From Candidatus Latescibacterota bacterium (GTDB lineage: Bacteria; Latescibacterota; UBA2968; SICM01): DNA of 64,000 bases. Where the stretch lies: contig CBDCJO010000002.1 in assembly GCA_965217865.1 (NCBI GenBank), forward strand, positions 1,696,001-1,760,000. Reading direction: 5' to 3'. This document shows positions 23,496-32,933 of this stretch, piece after piece; the first letter of the stretch is position 1, and each line of letters starts with the position of its first letter. The notes under the pieces are model-generated. The model made no database searches and was not told the origin of the DNA. It worked only from the letters and a program-made list of their open reading frames with translations. Position numbers and translations under genes: made by a program.

Positions 23496-24626
23496 GTGTC
23501 ACAAATGAATATTCCACTTGCGTGGGTTCTGATTATTCTCCTATTCCACAGCCAGGTCCTTTATGCGCAGGACAACTGGATCAGTTTTCGGGGGGATCGT
23601 CATCTGACCGGGGTCGCCTCGGGGAGCTTTCCCGAAAATCCCCAGCTTCTCTGGACATTTCAGACCGAAGACGGTATCGAATCAACGGCAGCCATCTATT
23701 CCGGAACGGTCTACTCCTGTTCACTGGACGGATACCTGTATGCCATCGACCTTCAAGATGGGAAATTGGTTTGGAAGTATAAGGCGGGGAATGAGATCAA
23801 GTCCTCACCTTCCGTCTTTAATGGGACGGTCTTCTTCGGAGATGAGGCCGGAAAACTCCACGCGGTCGATGCTGGCACGGGAAAATCACGCTGGATTTTT
23901 CGCACGGGTTCAGGGATTATTTCATCCGCAAACTTCGTTTCAGGACACGTCCTGTTTGGGTCCTACGATCAACATCTTTACTGTCTTTCGGGTGAGGGAA
24001 CTCTGATCTGGAAATTCGAGACAGAGGGTTATCTTCACGGGACGCCGGCGGTTGTGGATGACCGCATGGGAAAGGGGGAGGCGACTCTGGTTGCGGGTTG
24101 CGACGGATTTTTGCGGGTCATCGGGATCCGCGACGGCGCGGAGAAGAAAAAGATCTCCCTTGGTTCCTACGTAGGGGCCAGCCCCGCTGTTTTTAACGGT
24201 ATGGCGTTTGTGGGCAACTTTGACAATGAGGTTCTGGGAATCGACCTCGATGAGGCGGCGATCCGGTGGCGCTACGAACCAGAAAAAAACAAATTCCCGT
24301 TTTACGCTTCGGCCGCAGTGACGAATGGCTGGCTTATTGTGGGTGGGCGGGATAAAAGGGTTCATGCACTTGACCCGCAGACCGGTCAACTGCGATGGAT
24401 ATCAGAACTAAAATCACGGATCGACTCGTCTCCGGTGATTCTGGGTGACCGGGTATTTTTCGGAACGTCGGGGGGGGGTATTTACGGGCTGGATCTCAAC
24501 ACCGGGGAACCGGTCTGGCATTTTATCACGGGTTCACCCATGGTTGCCTCTCCGTGCATCGCAGGCGGAAGGCTCATCGTTGGGTCGGTTGATGGAGTCC
24601 TTTATTGTTTTGGAGCGAAATCGTGA
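23496..24626 (+). CDS. PQQ-binding-like (BamB-like) beta-propeller protein
   Basis: Signal peptide, WISFRG, regular SSP..G..G.D..L.A.D..TG..W blades. Confidence 0.88.
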   Translation: MSQMNIPLAWVLIILLFHSQVLYAQDNWISFRGDRHLTGVASGSFPENPQLLWTFQTEDGIESTAAIYSGTVYSCSLDGYLYAIDLQDGKLVWKYKAGNEIKSSPSVFNGTVFFGDEAGKLHAVDAGTGKSRWIFRTGSGIISSANFVSGHVLFGSYDQHLYCLSGEGTLIWKFETEGYLHGTPAVVDDRMGKGEATLVAGCDGFLRVIGIRDGAEKKKISLGSYVGASPAVFNGMAFVGNFDNEVLGIDLDEAAIRWRYEPEKNKFPFYASAAVTNGWLIVGGRDKRVHALDPQTGQLRWISELKSRIDSSPVILGDRVFFGTSGGGIYGLDLNTGEPVWHFITGSPMVASPCIAGGRLIVGSVDGVLYCFGAKS

Positions 24627-24630
24627 GGTT

Positions 24631-25983
24631 ATGGTCAATCGTTTGAAGGCAACTTCGCCGGAACCCGCCACCACTCACGAAACACTAGGCGAGACAGGGG
24701 TGGGGAGCGTCTTTGTCTCGAACTACCCGCCATATTCATTCTGGGACGGGGAAACCGTCCCGAAGGCGATCGAGGGTCCGAGTAAGCCTTCGGCCATTGA
24801 TTCGTCCCTGGGACTATACCTGCACATTCCATTCTGTAGAAAACGATGTAAGTTCTGTTATTTCAGGGTATACACAGACAAGAACAGTTCCGAGATCCGG
24901 GTTTACACGGATGCCCTGGCTCGGGAGGTTGAAATTTTCAGTGAGCAGCCCGGGATTTCGGATCGTCCCCTGAGGTTCGTCTATTTCGGGGGAGGCACCC
25001 CTTCCTATATCAGCGCAAGACATCTCAGGGGTCTGGTGGGCCGGCTCAGGGGAGCCCTTCCGTGGGATAAGGCTGAAGAGATCGCTTTCGAATGCGAACC
25101 GGGCACATTGACGAAGACCAAATTGGAGGCCATTAAAGATATCGGCGTTACGAGGCTGAGCCTGGGGATCGAAAACCTGAATGATTCTATTTTAAAGGAG
25201 AATGGGAGGGCCCATCTATCCCAAGAGGTTTTTGAAGTCTCTCCGTGGATCAGGGATCTGGAATTCGATCAGGTGAATGTGGATCTGATCGCCGGAATGG
25301 CGGGGGAGCAATGGTCAAGCTGGCGTGATACTGTGCGGAAGACGATCGACCTTGACCCGGACAGCGTGACGATCTATCAGATGGAATTGCCGTATAACAC
25401 CGTCTATTCAAAGGCCCTTTTCTCCGGGGAAGGAGAAGTCCAGGGTTTTGCCGACTGGGATACCAAGCGGGAATGGCATGCCTATGCGTTCGATGAACTA
25501 TCCAACGCGGGATATGAGATTTCCAGCGCCTACACGATGGTCAAAAAAGGAAGGCCGGGTCATTTTGTTTACCGGGATGCGGTCTGGGGTGGAAACGACA
25601 TGATCGGGGCCGGGGTCGCTTCATTTTCCTATATCGGCGGCCTTCACTTACAGAATTATTCCGGTTGGGATGAGTATTTGAGCGCCCTTGGCGAGAATCG
25701 ATTGCCTCTGGATCGGGCTTTCGAAACCACAGAGATGGAACGCCTCACACGGGAGATGATCCTCCAGTTGAAACTCGGGAGGCTCGAGTCCGAGTATTTT
25801 TCCCGGAAGTTTCGGTCGGATATTTTTGAAGTCTTCGGACCGGCATTTCGGAAGCTTCAGGCGGAAGATATGCTGACGTTTGAAGACGGTGTGGTTAATC
25901 TTACGCGGAAAGGGTTGCTTCAAGTGGATCAGCTTTTGCCTGAGTTCTACGATCCAAAGTATCAAAAGGCCAGGTATACGTAG
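24631..25983 (+). CDS. HemN-like (class C) radical SAM protein
   Basis: LYLHIPFCRKRCKFCYF (CxxxCxxC), YFGGGTPS, RLSLG, NVDLIAG; HemN_C-like tail LTRKGLL. Confidence 0.9.
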   Translation: MVNRLKATSPEPATTHETLGETGVGSVFVSNYPPYSFWDGETVPKAIEGPSKPSAIDSSLGLYLHIPFCRKRCKFCYFRVYTDKNSSEIRVYTDALAREVEIFSEQPGISDRPLRFVYFGGGTPSYISARHLRGLVGRLRGALPWDKAEEIAFECEPGTLTKTKLEAIKDIGVTRLSLGIENLNDSILKENGRAHLSQEVFEVSPWIRDLEFDQVNVDLIAGMAGEQWSSWRDTVRKTIDLDPDSVTIYQMELPYNTVYSKALFSGEGEVQGFADWDTKREWHAYAFDELSNAGYEISSAYTMVKKGRPGHFVYRDAVWGGNDMIGAGVASFSYIGGLHLQNYSGWDEYLSALGENRLPLDRAFETTEMERLTREMILQLKLGRLESEYFSRKFRSDIFEVFGPAFRKLQAEDMLTFEDGVVNLTRKGLLQVDQLLPEFYDPKYQKARYT

Positions 25984-25994
25984 CGAAGAGATGC

Positions 25995-26180
25995 CAGAGG
26001 AAATTGAAGATTGAAGAATGAAAATTGGAGATTCAGCTGAGCCAGTAGCAGTTGGCAGTAGCAGGAAAAAGCGAAGGCAATAACGGAGTAACGAGGAGAG
26101 CGTGGGAAGGTGAAGATTGAATATCGATAATTTAAGATTGAAGAGAGTTGTTCAAATATTCAATATTCAATATTCAATCA
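25995..26180 (+). repeat. Composite repeat cassette with inverted ATTGAA/TTCAAT arms
   Basis: ATTGAAG units and AGTAGC units, then TATTCAA x3 just before the RBS and ATG 26197. Confidence 0.85.
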
Positions 26181-26196
26181 AGTTGGGGAGCGCTTT

Positions 26197-27480
26197 ATGA
26201 GATGGTGTAATCGGGTTTGCTTGCCAATCGGGATTTTTATGGTGTCAAGTCTGACTTTTGGGTTGAAGCCCGGGTGTGCCTCCGACCAGGATTCGACGGA
26301 TTGGGCGCAATGGCTCGGGCCAAATCGAAATGGTGTCTCCGACGAGACGGGGCTGCTCAGGAGTTGGCCGGATGCTGGACCGGGTGTTCTCTGGCGGATC
26401 CGGGGAGGCGAGGGGTTTTCGGGCATCTCGATCTCTCAAGGCCTGGCTTATACCATGTATGGCCGAGGTGACGATGAGTTTGTGGTTTGCCTGAATGCAT
26501 CGACCGGGGATGAGGTCTGGCGTTTTCGAAGCGACTCCAATTTATTCGAGCCTCAGGGGGGGAACGGTCCTCGTTCAACCCCGGCGGTGGATGGGGACCG
26601 GGTCTTTGTCCTGAGTGCAAACGGCAAGCTCTATGGTTTGAACGCCAGGACCGGGGCAAAGTTATGGGAGCACGATTTCGTGAAGCGATTCGGGAGCAGA
26701 CGGCCGAGATGGGGTTTCTGTTCGTCGCCGCTGGTGGAGGGAGATCTCGTTATGATTGAAGCGGGGGGAACCCGTGGAAATTCCCTCCTGGCCTTCGATA
26801 AGGCCAATGGACGGCTTGTCTGGTCCTCCCAGAGAGACAAGCCCGGATATTCATCGCCGGTCGCGATCACGGCGGCCGGGGTTCGGCAGGTCCTTTTCTT
26901 CACCGCAGGGGGTCTTGTCTCGGTTTCACCGAAGGACGGAAGGCCGTTCTGGCGTTATGCCTGGTCGACAAGCTATGACGTCAATGCGGCCACCCCCATA
27001 TTTATCCCTCCTGACAAAGTTTTTATCTCCTCGGGTTATGGAACGGGTGCAGCGGTTTTACAAATAAAAGAGGCCGGGGCAGGAATCCGGGTGGCGCAGG
27101 TCTGGAAAAACCGTGAGATGAAGAACCATTTTCCATCCTCGGTTCTGAACGGGAACTACCTCTACGGATTCGATAATGCGATTTTAAAATGCATCGATGC
27201 CCGAACCGGAGAAGCCGTGTGGCGATATCGAGGATTTGGAAAAGGGACCGCGATTTTCGCGGATGGTCATCTGATTGTCCTGGGAGAGCAGGGGAACCTG
27301 GGGCTGGTCGAAGCGACACCTTCGGGAATTCACGTTAAGGCGGAAGCCCGGGCCATGAATGGTAGGTGCTGGACGGTTCCCACACTGGCGGGAGGCCGTC
27401 TCTATGTGCGGAACGAAAAGGAGATTGCCTGTCTGGATTTAAAAGCAGAGGTCAGGGGTCGGAGTTCAGGGGTAAGGTAA
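26197..27480 (+). CDS. PQQ-binding-like beta-propeller protein
   Basis: DWAQWLGPNRNG, GPRSTP, GYSSP, CWTVPTLAGGRLYVR. Confidence 0.88.
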   Translation: MRWCNRVCLPIGIFMVSSLTFGLKPGCASDQDSTDWAQWLGPNRNGVSDETGLLRSWPDAGPGVLWRIRGGEGFSGISISQGLAYTMYGRGDDEFVVCLNASTGDEVWRFRSDSNLFEPQGGNGPRSTPAVDGDRVFVLSANGKLYGLNARTGAKLWEHDFVKRFGSRRPRWGFCSSPLVEGDLVMIEAGGTRGNSLLAFDKANGRLVWSSQRDKPGYSSPVAITAAGVRQVLFFTAGGLVSVSPKDGRPFWRYAWSTSYDVNAATPIFIPPDKVFISSGYGTGAAVLQIKEAGAGIRVAQVWKNREMKNHFPSSVLNGNYLYGFDNAILKCIDARTGEAVWRYRGFGKGTAIFADGHLIVLGEQGNLGLVEATPSGIHVKAEARAMNGRCWTVPTLAGGRLYVRNEKEIACLDLKAEVRGRSSGVR

Positions 27481-27569
27481 AAGAAAAACCGAGAAAGGTC
27501 AGACGTCAGACGTGAGACGGGGAGAAGCAGTAACAGTGGCAGGTGGCAGTGGCAGGAAAGGAAAGAATT

Positions 27570-28742
27570 ATGTTGAAATTACAAATGTCGATTCTCGGAT
27601 TGATAGGGATTTCCCTTATTCTTCCGGGTCCCGGTCTGAGCCAACCGATCCGGGGAGAGGTCCCGCAGAATGTGGAGGATATATTCCTACCAGAGGTCGA
27701 AGGGGTCACAGTGGAGACCTGGGTTGAGAACCTTGAGATCCCCTGGTCGCTTGTTTTTCTCCCAAACGGCGACGCCCTAGTGGCTGAGCGGCCCGGCCGA
27801 ATCCAGAGGATACCCCAAGGCGAAAACAGTCCAGAGCTTTACGCGGAGATCGAGGTCGCCGCAAGGGGGGACGCGGGTCTGATGGGAATCGCCCTGCATC
27901 CGGATTTCGACAAACAGCCTTATCTGTATGCCATGACCAGTTATGCAGACGGGGAAAAGCTCTACACACGTATCATTCGTCTGAAACACGAGGGGGATGA
28001 GGGACTTTTCGACCGCATCATATTCGGGCCTATACCGGGCCACAAATATCACATAGGTGGCAGGATTGGTTTCGGACCGGACGGGATGCTCTATGTGGGC
28101 ACGGGGGATCTCTTCCAGCCAAACACAGCACAGGATCTGGAATTACTGACGGGAAAGATCCTTCGAATCACCCCGGAGGGGGATATTCCGGAGGACAATC
28201 CCTTCCCGGGTTCGGCAATCTATTCGTATGGCAATCGTGTTGTTCAGGGATTGGCCTGGCATCCGGGGACCGGCGACCTTTTCAATACGGAACACGGTCC
28301 GTCGGGCGAACTCCCCGGGGCAAAGTACCGCGACGAGATCAACGTGATTGAAAAGGGGGGGAACTACGGTTGGCCGATCGTCGTTGGTGCGCCGGGAATG
28401 CCGGACTACCGGGATCCGATCGTCATGTGGAAAAAAGCGGCTGTTCCCCCCGCCGGAATGACGTTTTTCCAAGGGGATCTCTTCGTCGCCACACTGGGAA
28501 GCCAGGCCTTGATCCGGATCGGTTTCAAAGATGACGTCGAAGGCTATGAAATTGCGAAGATCGAAAGATGGTTTGCGCAGGACTATGGGAAAGGGACTTA
28601 TGGAAGGTTACGGGATGTTGCGGTCGGGCCGGACGGTAATCTCTACGTACTCACGAGTAACAGAGACGGTCGGGAGAAGCTCCGTCCAAATGATGATAAA
28701 ATCCTCCGTCTGAAGTTCAAGGACATTGAAACGGGAAACTGA
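27570..28742 (+). CDS. PQQ-dependent soluble sugar dehydrogenase (GSDH/YliI-like)
   Basis: LEIPWSL, GLMGIALHPDF, HIGGRIGFGPDG, GGNYGWP, GRLRDV. Confidence 0.9.
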   Translation: MLKLQMSILGLIGISLILPGPGLSQPIRGEVPQNVEDIFLPEVEGVTVETWVENLEIPWSLVFLPNGDALVAERPGRIQRIPQGENSPELYAEIEVAARGDAGLMGIALHPDFDKQPYLYAMTSYADGEKLYTRIIRLKHEGDEGLFDRIIFGPIPGHKYHIGGRIGFGPDGMLYVGTGDLFQPNTAQDLELLTGKILRITPEGDIPEDNPFPGSAIYSYGNRVVQGLAWHPGTGDLFNTEHGPSGELPGAKYRDEINVIEKGGNYGWPIVVGAPGMPDYRDPIVMWKKAAVPPAGMTFFQGDLFVATLGSQALIRIGFKDDVEGYEIAKIERWFAQDYGKGTYGRLRDVAVGPDGNLYVLTSNRDGREKLRPNDDKILRLKFKDIETGN

Positions 28743-28754
28743 GGAGAAAGTTAT

Positions 28755-29640
28755 ATGGCTACAGATTTGCCGACAAGGGTCCTCGGGTGTACGGGATTGG
28801 AGGTGACACAGCTCGGGTTCGGGGGGGTGGAGGTCGGGAATTTCAACAGGGACATCGGCGATGATCAGGCGGGAAGGGTGCTCAATGCTGTCCTCGATTC
28901 GGGCATCAATTTTCTAGACACCGCCCCGGACTACGGCCTGAGCGAGGAGCGGATCGGCGCGACCGTCAGCCATCGCCGCGATTCATTCTACCTTGCGACC
29001 AAGTGCGGCTGCAACATCGACCCGTACGGGGTCGAGCAGGAACCCAAGCACCTGTGGACAGGCGATCTGCTTCGCAAGAACATCGAACAGAGCCTGAGGC
29101 GTATGAAGACGGATTATGTTGATCTACTTCAGATGCATAACCCCTCAGTGGAGGCAGTTGAAAGTGGGGGGCTCGTAGAAGCCCTCAATGAGATCCGAGC
29201 GTCCGGGAAAACCCGTTTCATCGGTGTTTCTTCCACGGCTCCGCATCTTTTGGAATTCGTCCGGATGGGTGTTTTCGACACATTCCAGATCCCGTACTCC
29301 GCCCTGGAACGCAGGCACGAAGGGATGATCCAGGAGGCTGCTGATGCAGGCGCAGGTATCATCATTCGAGGCGGCATTGCCCGGGGCCACCTGGGGGGGG
29401 GACCGCTGGGCCAAATGCGATGGTGCCCAGCTGACGGACCTGCTCGACGGGATGAGCCGGTACGAATTCGTGCTGCGTTTCACGCTCACTCATCCCGCCT
29501 GCCACACCACCATCGTGGGCACGGCCGACCTGGAACATCTCCAATCTAATAAAGCCGCCGCTCAGGCGGGTCCTCTTCCACCGGATGTGTACGAGCAGGC
29601 AAAGGAGCGGTTGGATCAAATCGGGGAGAGACCGGAGTGA
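28755..29640 (+). pseudogene. Aldo/keto reductase split by a frameshift in a G9 run
   Basis: N-part has DTAPDYG, LATKCG and DLLQMH. The C-part (FVLRFTLTHP..TIVGT) is in the +1 frame after G9 at 29393-29401. May be a sequencing error. Confidence 0.75.
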
Positions 29641-29820
29641 AAATGGAAAGTGCAAAATGCAGAATGGAAAAGTCAGGTGCCAGGGGTCGGAGGTCAGAGG
29701 TCAGGGAAAAGATAAACCGTGAGATGTGAGACGGAAAAAAGCAGTAGCAGTGGCAGTAGCAGGAAAAGCAAAGGCAGGGATCGGAGAAAAAGATAATCAA
29801 TGTGGCAGTCGTAGCAGGTA
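29640..29820 (+). repeat. Composite repeat cassette
   Basis: AAATGGA/AAGTGCA, GTCAGAG, GTGAGA and AGTAGC/AGTGGC units. Confidence 0.85.
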
Positions 29821-29872
29821 TGGGAACCCTCCCAACACGGCAACGGCAAAGATTCTGCTGAAGGAGAAAAAA

Positions 29873-30727
29873 ATGGAAAAGCGGGCTTATGGTCGAAACG
29901 GGGATGAGCTGTCGATCGTCGGTTTTGGTGGAATTGTGGTCATGAAAACGGAGCCGGACGAGGCCAGCCGGCTGGTCGGGGAGGCGGTCGAGCGGGGGGT
30001 GAACTACTTCGACGTGGCTCCCGCGTATGGAAACGCCGAGTCGTGTCTGGGGCCAGCGCTGGAACCCTATCGGAAGGATGTGTTCCTTGCGTGCAAGACC
30101 GGAAAGAGGGATAAGGCCGGGGCTGAGGAACAGCTCCACAACTCCCTCAAGCTGCTCCGCACGGACCACTTTGATCTATACCAGCTTCACGCCATGACCA
30201 CCCAGGAGGACTTCGACCAGGCCGTTGGGCCCGGGGGAGCCCTCGAAGCCTTTGTCGAGGCCCGGGATAGGGGGAAGATTCGCCATATCGGGTTCTCCGC
30301 GCATTCCGTTGAGATCGCACTGGCCCTGCTGGACCAGTTCGCGTTCGATTCCGTCCTGTTTCCGATCAACTGGGTGGGCTATTTTGAAGCGGATTTCGGA
30401 CCTCAGGTCGTGGCGAGGGCTTCCGAAAAGGGGGCCAGCCGGCTTGCGTTGAAGGCGATGGCCTACGGCCTTCGGGAAGAGGGGGCGCCCAAGCGATATT
30501 CCAATTGCTGGTACGAGCCGATCGACGATCCGGAACTTGCCTCCCTGGCTCTGCGCTTCAGCCTCTCCCAACCGATTACGGCGGTTATTCCGCCGGGTGA
30601 TCCGGGACTATTCAAGATGGCACTGGATCTGGCCGAAAATTTTACGCCGATTACGCACGAGGAGACCGAGGAACTTCGTATAAGAGCGGAGGGGGGAAGA
30701 CCTTTGTTTAAGCTTTCGGCTGCATGA
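29873..30727 (+). CDS. Aldo/keto reductase
   Basis: GFGGI, NYFDVAPAYG, LACKT, DLYQLH, IGFSAH; RBS AAGGAG upstream. Confidence 0.9.
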   Translation: MEKRAYGRNGDELSIVGFGGIVVMKTEPDEASRLVGEAVERGVNYFDVAPAYGNAESCLGPALEPYRKDVFLACKTGKRDKAGAEEQLHNSLKLLRTDHFDLYQLHAMTTQEDFDQAVGPGGALEAFVEARDRGKIRHIGFSAHSVEIALALLDQFAFDSVLFPINWVGYFEADFGPQVVARASEKGASRLALKAMAYGLREEGAPKRYSNCWYEPIDDPELASLALRFSLSQPITAVIPPGDPGLFKMALDLAENFTPITHEETEELRIRAEGGRPLFKLSAA

Positions 30728-30935
30728 AAATGGAAAATGAAAAAGTCAGTGGTCAGAGGTCGGAGGTCAGAGGTCAGGGAAAAGAAAAACCGTCAGTCGT
30801 AAGACGGAAGATCGAGAATCGGGTGTCAGGGGTCAGAAGTAGGGGAGGAAAGTGCAGAATGGAGAAGGCAAAAGTCAGGGGTCAGAGGTCGGGGATGGAA
30901 ATTGCAAAGTGAAAAATAAAAAAATGGAAATTACA
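30725..30935 (+). repeat. Composite repeat cassette
   Basis: AAATGGA, GTCAGAG/GTCGGAG and AAGTGCA/ATTGCA units. Confidence 0.85.
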
Positions 30936-30958
30936 AACTGTTAGGCCAGGAGGGGTGT

Positions 30959-31921
30959 GTGTTTTATCGAAAGTTCGGAGACACGGACTTAGAAGTGTCC
31001 GAAATATGCTTTGGTCCGATGCGCTTCTCGGCCAAGGAGCAGGGGGATGACGAGAAGTCACGTACAGGGAAACGAGCTCTGGAGAGGGCTCTCGAACGAG
31101 GGGTCAATTTCATTCACTCCAGCTACGAATACGGTACCCGATGGGCAGTGGGCGAGGTTCTGAAGGACCACCCGAAGCGGAAAGAACTTCTTCATATCAT
31201 CAAGGTACCGGTTCCGGACTTCGACGATGGGGGGAAGTTCGATTCCGGCAAGTTCCGGTTACGGGTGGAAGAGGCCCTTCGGGATCTTCACACGGATCGG
31301 ATCGCAGTCCTTCAGCACCTGCAAAGGGCCAACCCGAACGCGGATGACCATCGGATTCCGAATATTGAGGCTGTTCACGGGCCCATGATGGAGGTCTTCG
31401 AGAGATTAAAAGAAGAGGGAAAGGTCTGTTACCTGACGACGTTTCCTTATTCGCCCGGATTTGCCTCAGCGGCTATGAAAACCGGAACTTTCAAAGGGAT
31501 GGTGGCTTACTACAACCTGATCGAGATAGAGATGGCGGAGTTTTTCTCAGGCATGCAAGCGAAAGGCCAGGGGTTCTTCTGCATTCGGCCCTTGATGGCC
31601 GGCTTGCTCACGGATCGACGGGCCGACCGGAGTCGGTTGTCAGAAGGTGATCGCATGCTGGCAGAAAGTTGGGGGCCGGCCTATGAAAGGTTGGAGATTT
31701 TAAAATCTGCTTTTGACGGGGACATCGGAGGGTGGACCCGGTTTGCGATCCAGTTTGCTTTGATACATCCGATCGTCACAAGTCTTATCGTGGGGCTGAA
31801 TACCCCTGAGCAGGTGGACGAGGTCCTGGATGCGGCCGATGGGAAATACCCGGATCTAAAGGTGTTCCACCAGGCCATGGAGGTGTATAGGACGCACGGG
31901 ATGGTTTCAGAGAATGGGTAA
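30959..31921 (+). CDS. Aldo/keto reductase-like protein
   Basis: YRKFGDTDLEVSEICFG, RPLMAGLL, FALIHP..IVG. Confidence 0.85.
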   Translation: MFYRKFGDTDLEVSEICFGPMRFSAKEQGDDEKSRTGKRALERALERGVNFIHSSYEYGTRWAVGEVLKDHPKRKELLHIIKVPVPDFDDGGKFDSGKFRLRVEEALRDLHTDRIAVLQHLQRANPNADDHRIPNIEAVHGPMMEVFERLKEEGKVCYLTTFPYSPGFASAAMKTGTFKGMVAYYNLIEIEMAEFFSGMQAKGQGFFCIRPLMAGLLTDRRADRSRLSEGDRMLAESWGPAYERLEILKSAFDGDIGGWTRFAIQFALIHPIVTSLIVGLNTPEQVDEVLDAADGKYPDLKVFHQAMEVYRTHGMVSENG

Positions 31922-31943
31922 GAGGAGGAAGGGGAGAAAAGCC

Positions 31944-32933
31944 ATGGAAAAGATTCGAATCGGTGTGGTGGGATCCGGTGGGATGGCTGCAAGCAGGATG
32001 GCGTCGTTCTCCCGCCTGGACGAATGTGAGCTTGTCGCCCTTGCGGCTCGGAATCCTCAAACCGGTCCTCCCCTCGCCCAGCGCTACGAGGTCTCCCTGC
32101 ACACAGATTGGCGAGATCTGGTCGCGCGGAAGGATCTGGATGCAGTGCTCGTCCTCACCCACAATGAGAGCCACGGTCCGATCGCTCTCGGGGCCATGGA
32201 GACAGGTAAACACGTGTTTATGGAATATCCGCTTGCCCGCCGGCTGGAGGAAGGTGAGCGTCTGGTGGATCGGGCGGAATCCACGGGGTGCGTCCTACGT
32301 TTAACGCACAACGAGCCCCTCTCTGCGGCGCACCGCATGCTCAAACAGGAGGTCAGTACGCTCGGGCAACTGTTGACCGCGATCTTTGTGCGCCTGACAC
32401 CGGGTCGCGGGGGACGGCCGGAGATCTTGTTCAACCTGAACATTTCAGGTCCTCCGGTCCTGTTTTTCATCTACCATATCTATCCCCTCGTGGATCTGTT
32501 CGGCCCAGCGGAGTGGGTGGAGGGCCACGCGGAGTATGTGGGAATGAAATCATCCGGCCAGTATGAACGGTTTGTCAATACGGTGAGCGTGGGATTCACG
32601 CAAGGTGGCCTGGGGAATTGGACGTGGGCGGGTGGGATTGCCATCCAGGCCGCCGAAGAGTTCCAACGAGGGTTCTTGCTCGTTGAGGGAACACTGATCC
32701 GGCAGGGTGGACGCTGGTGCCGGTCCAATTCCGAAGGGTTGGAGGAGTTGGAGGTCCCTGATGAGGAAACGGGGCGTTCCCTCGAGAAATTATTTCTCAA
32801 TGAGGTCAATGGCAAAGAGACGCTCTGGCGGGAGGATATGGGACGGGCGCTAGATGCGATTCGAATCAGCCTGGCCGCTGAAACGTCCGTCCGGGAAGGT
32901 CGGAGGGTCCAAGTAAGGGAAAATGAAAAATGA
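31944..32933 (+). CDS. Gfo/Idh/MocA family oxidoreductase
   Basis: IGVVGSGG Rossmann motif and GKHVFMEYP. Confidence 0.88.
   Translation: MEKIRIGVVGSGGMAASRMASFSRLDECELVALAARNPQTGPPLAQRYEVSLHTDWRDLVARKDLDAVLVLTHNESHGPIALGAMETGKHVFMEYPLARRLEEGERLVDRAESTGCVLRLTHNEPLSAAHRMLKQEVSTLGQLLTAIFVRLTPGRGGRPEILFNLNISGPPVLFFIYHIYPLVDLFGPAEWVEGHAEYVGMKSSGQYERFVNTVSVGFTQGGLGNWTWAGGIAIQAAEEFQRGFLLVEGTLIRQGGRWCRSNSEGLEELEVPDEETGRSLEKLFLNEVNGKETLWREDMGRALDAIRISLAAETSVREGRRVQVRENEK

Noticed and set aside
24631-25983. Assigning the symbol hemN or hemW
   Set aside because: The N-terminal motif differs from HemN and the context is not heme synthesis; only the family call is supportable.
15479-27480. Calling the propellers BamB or methanol/alcohol dehydrogenases, or the cluster a PQQ biosynthesis locus
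   Set aside because: No bam or der synteny, no vicinal disulfide motif, and no pqqA-E genes.
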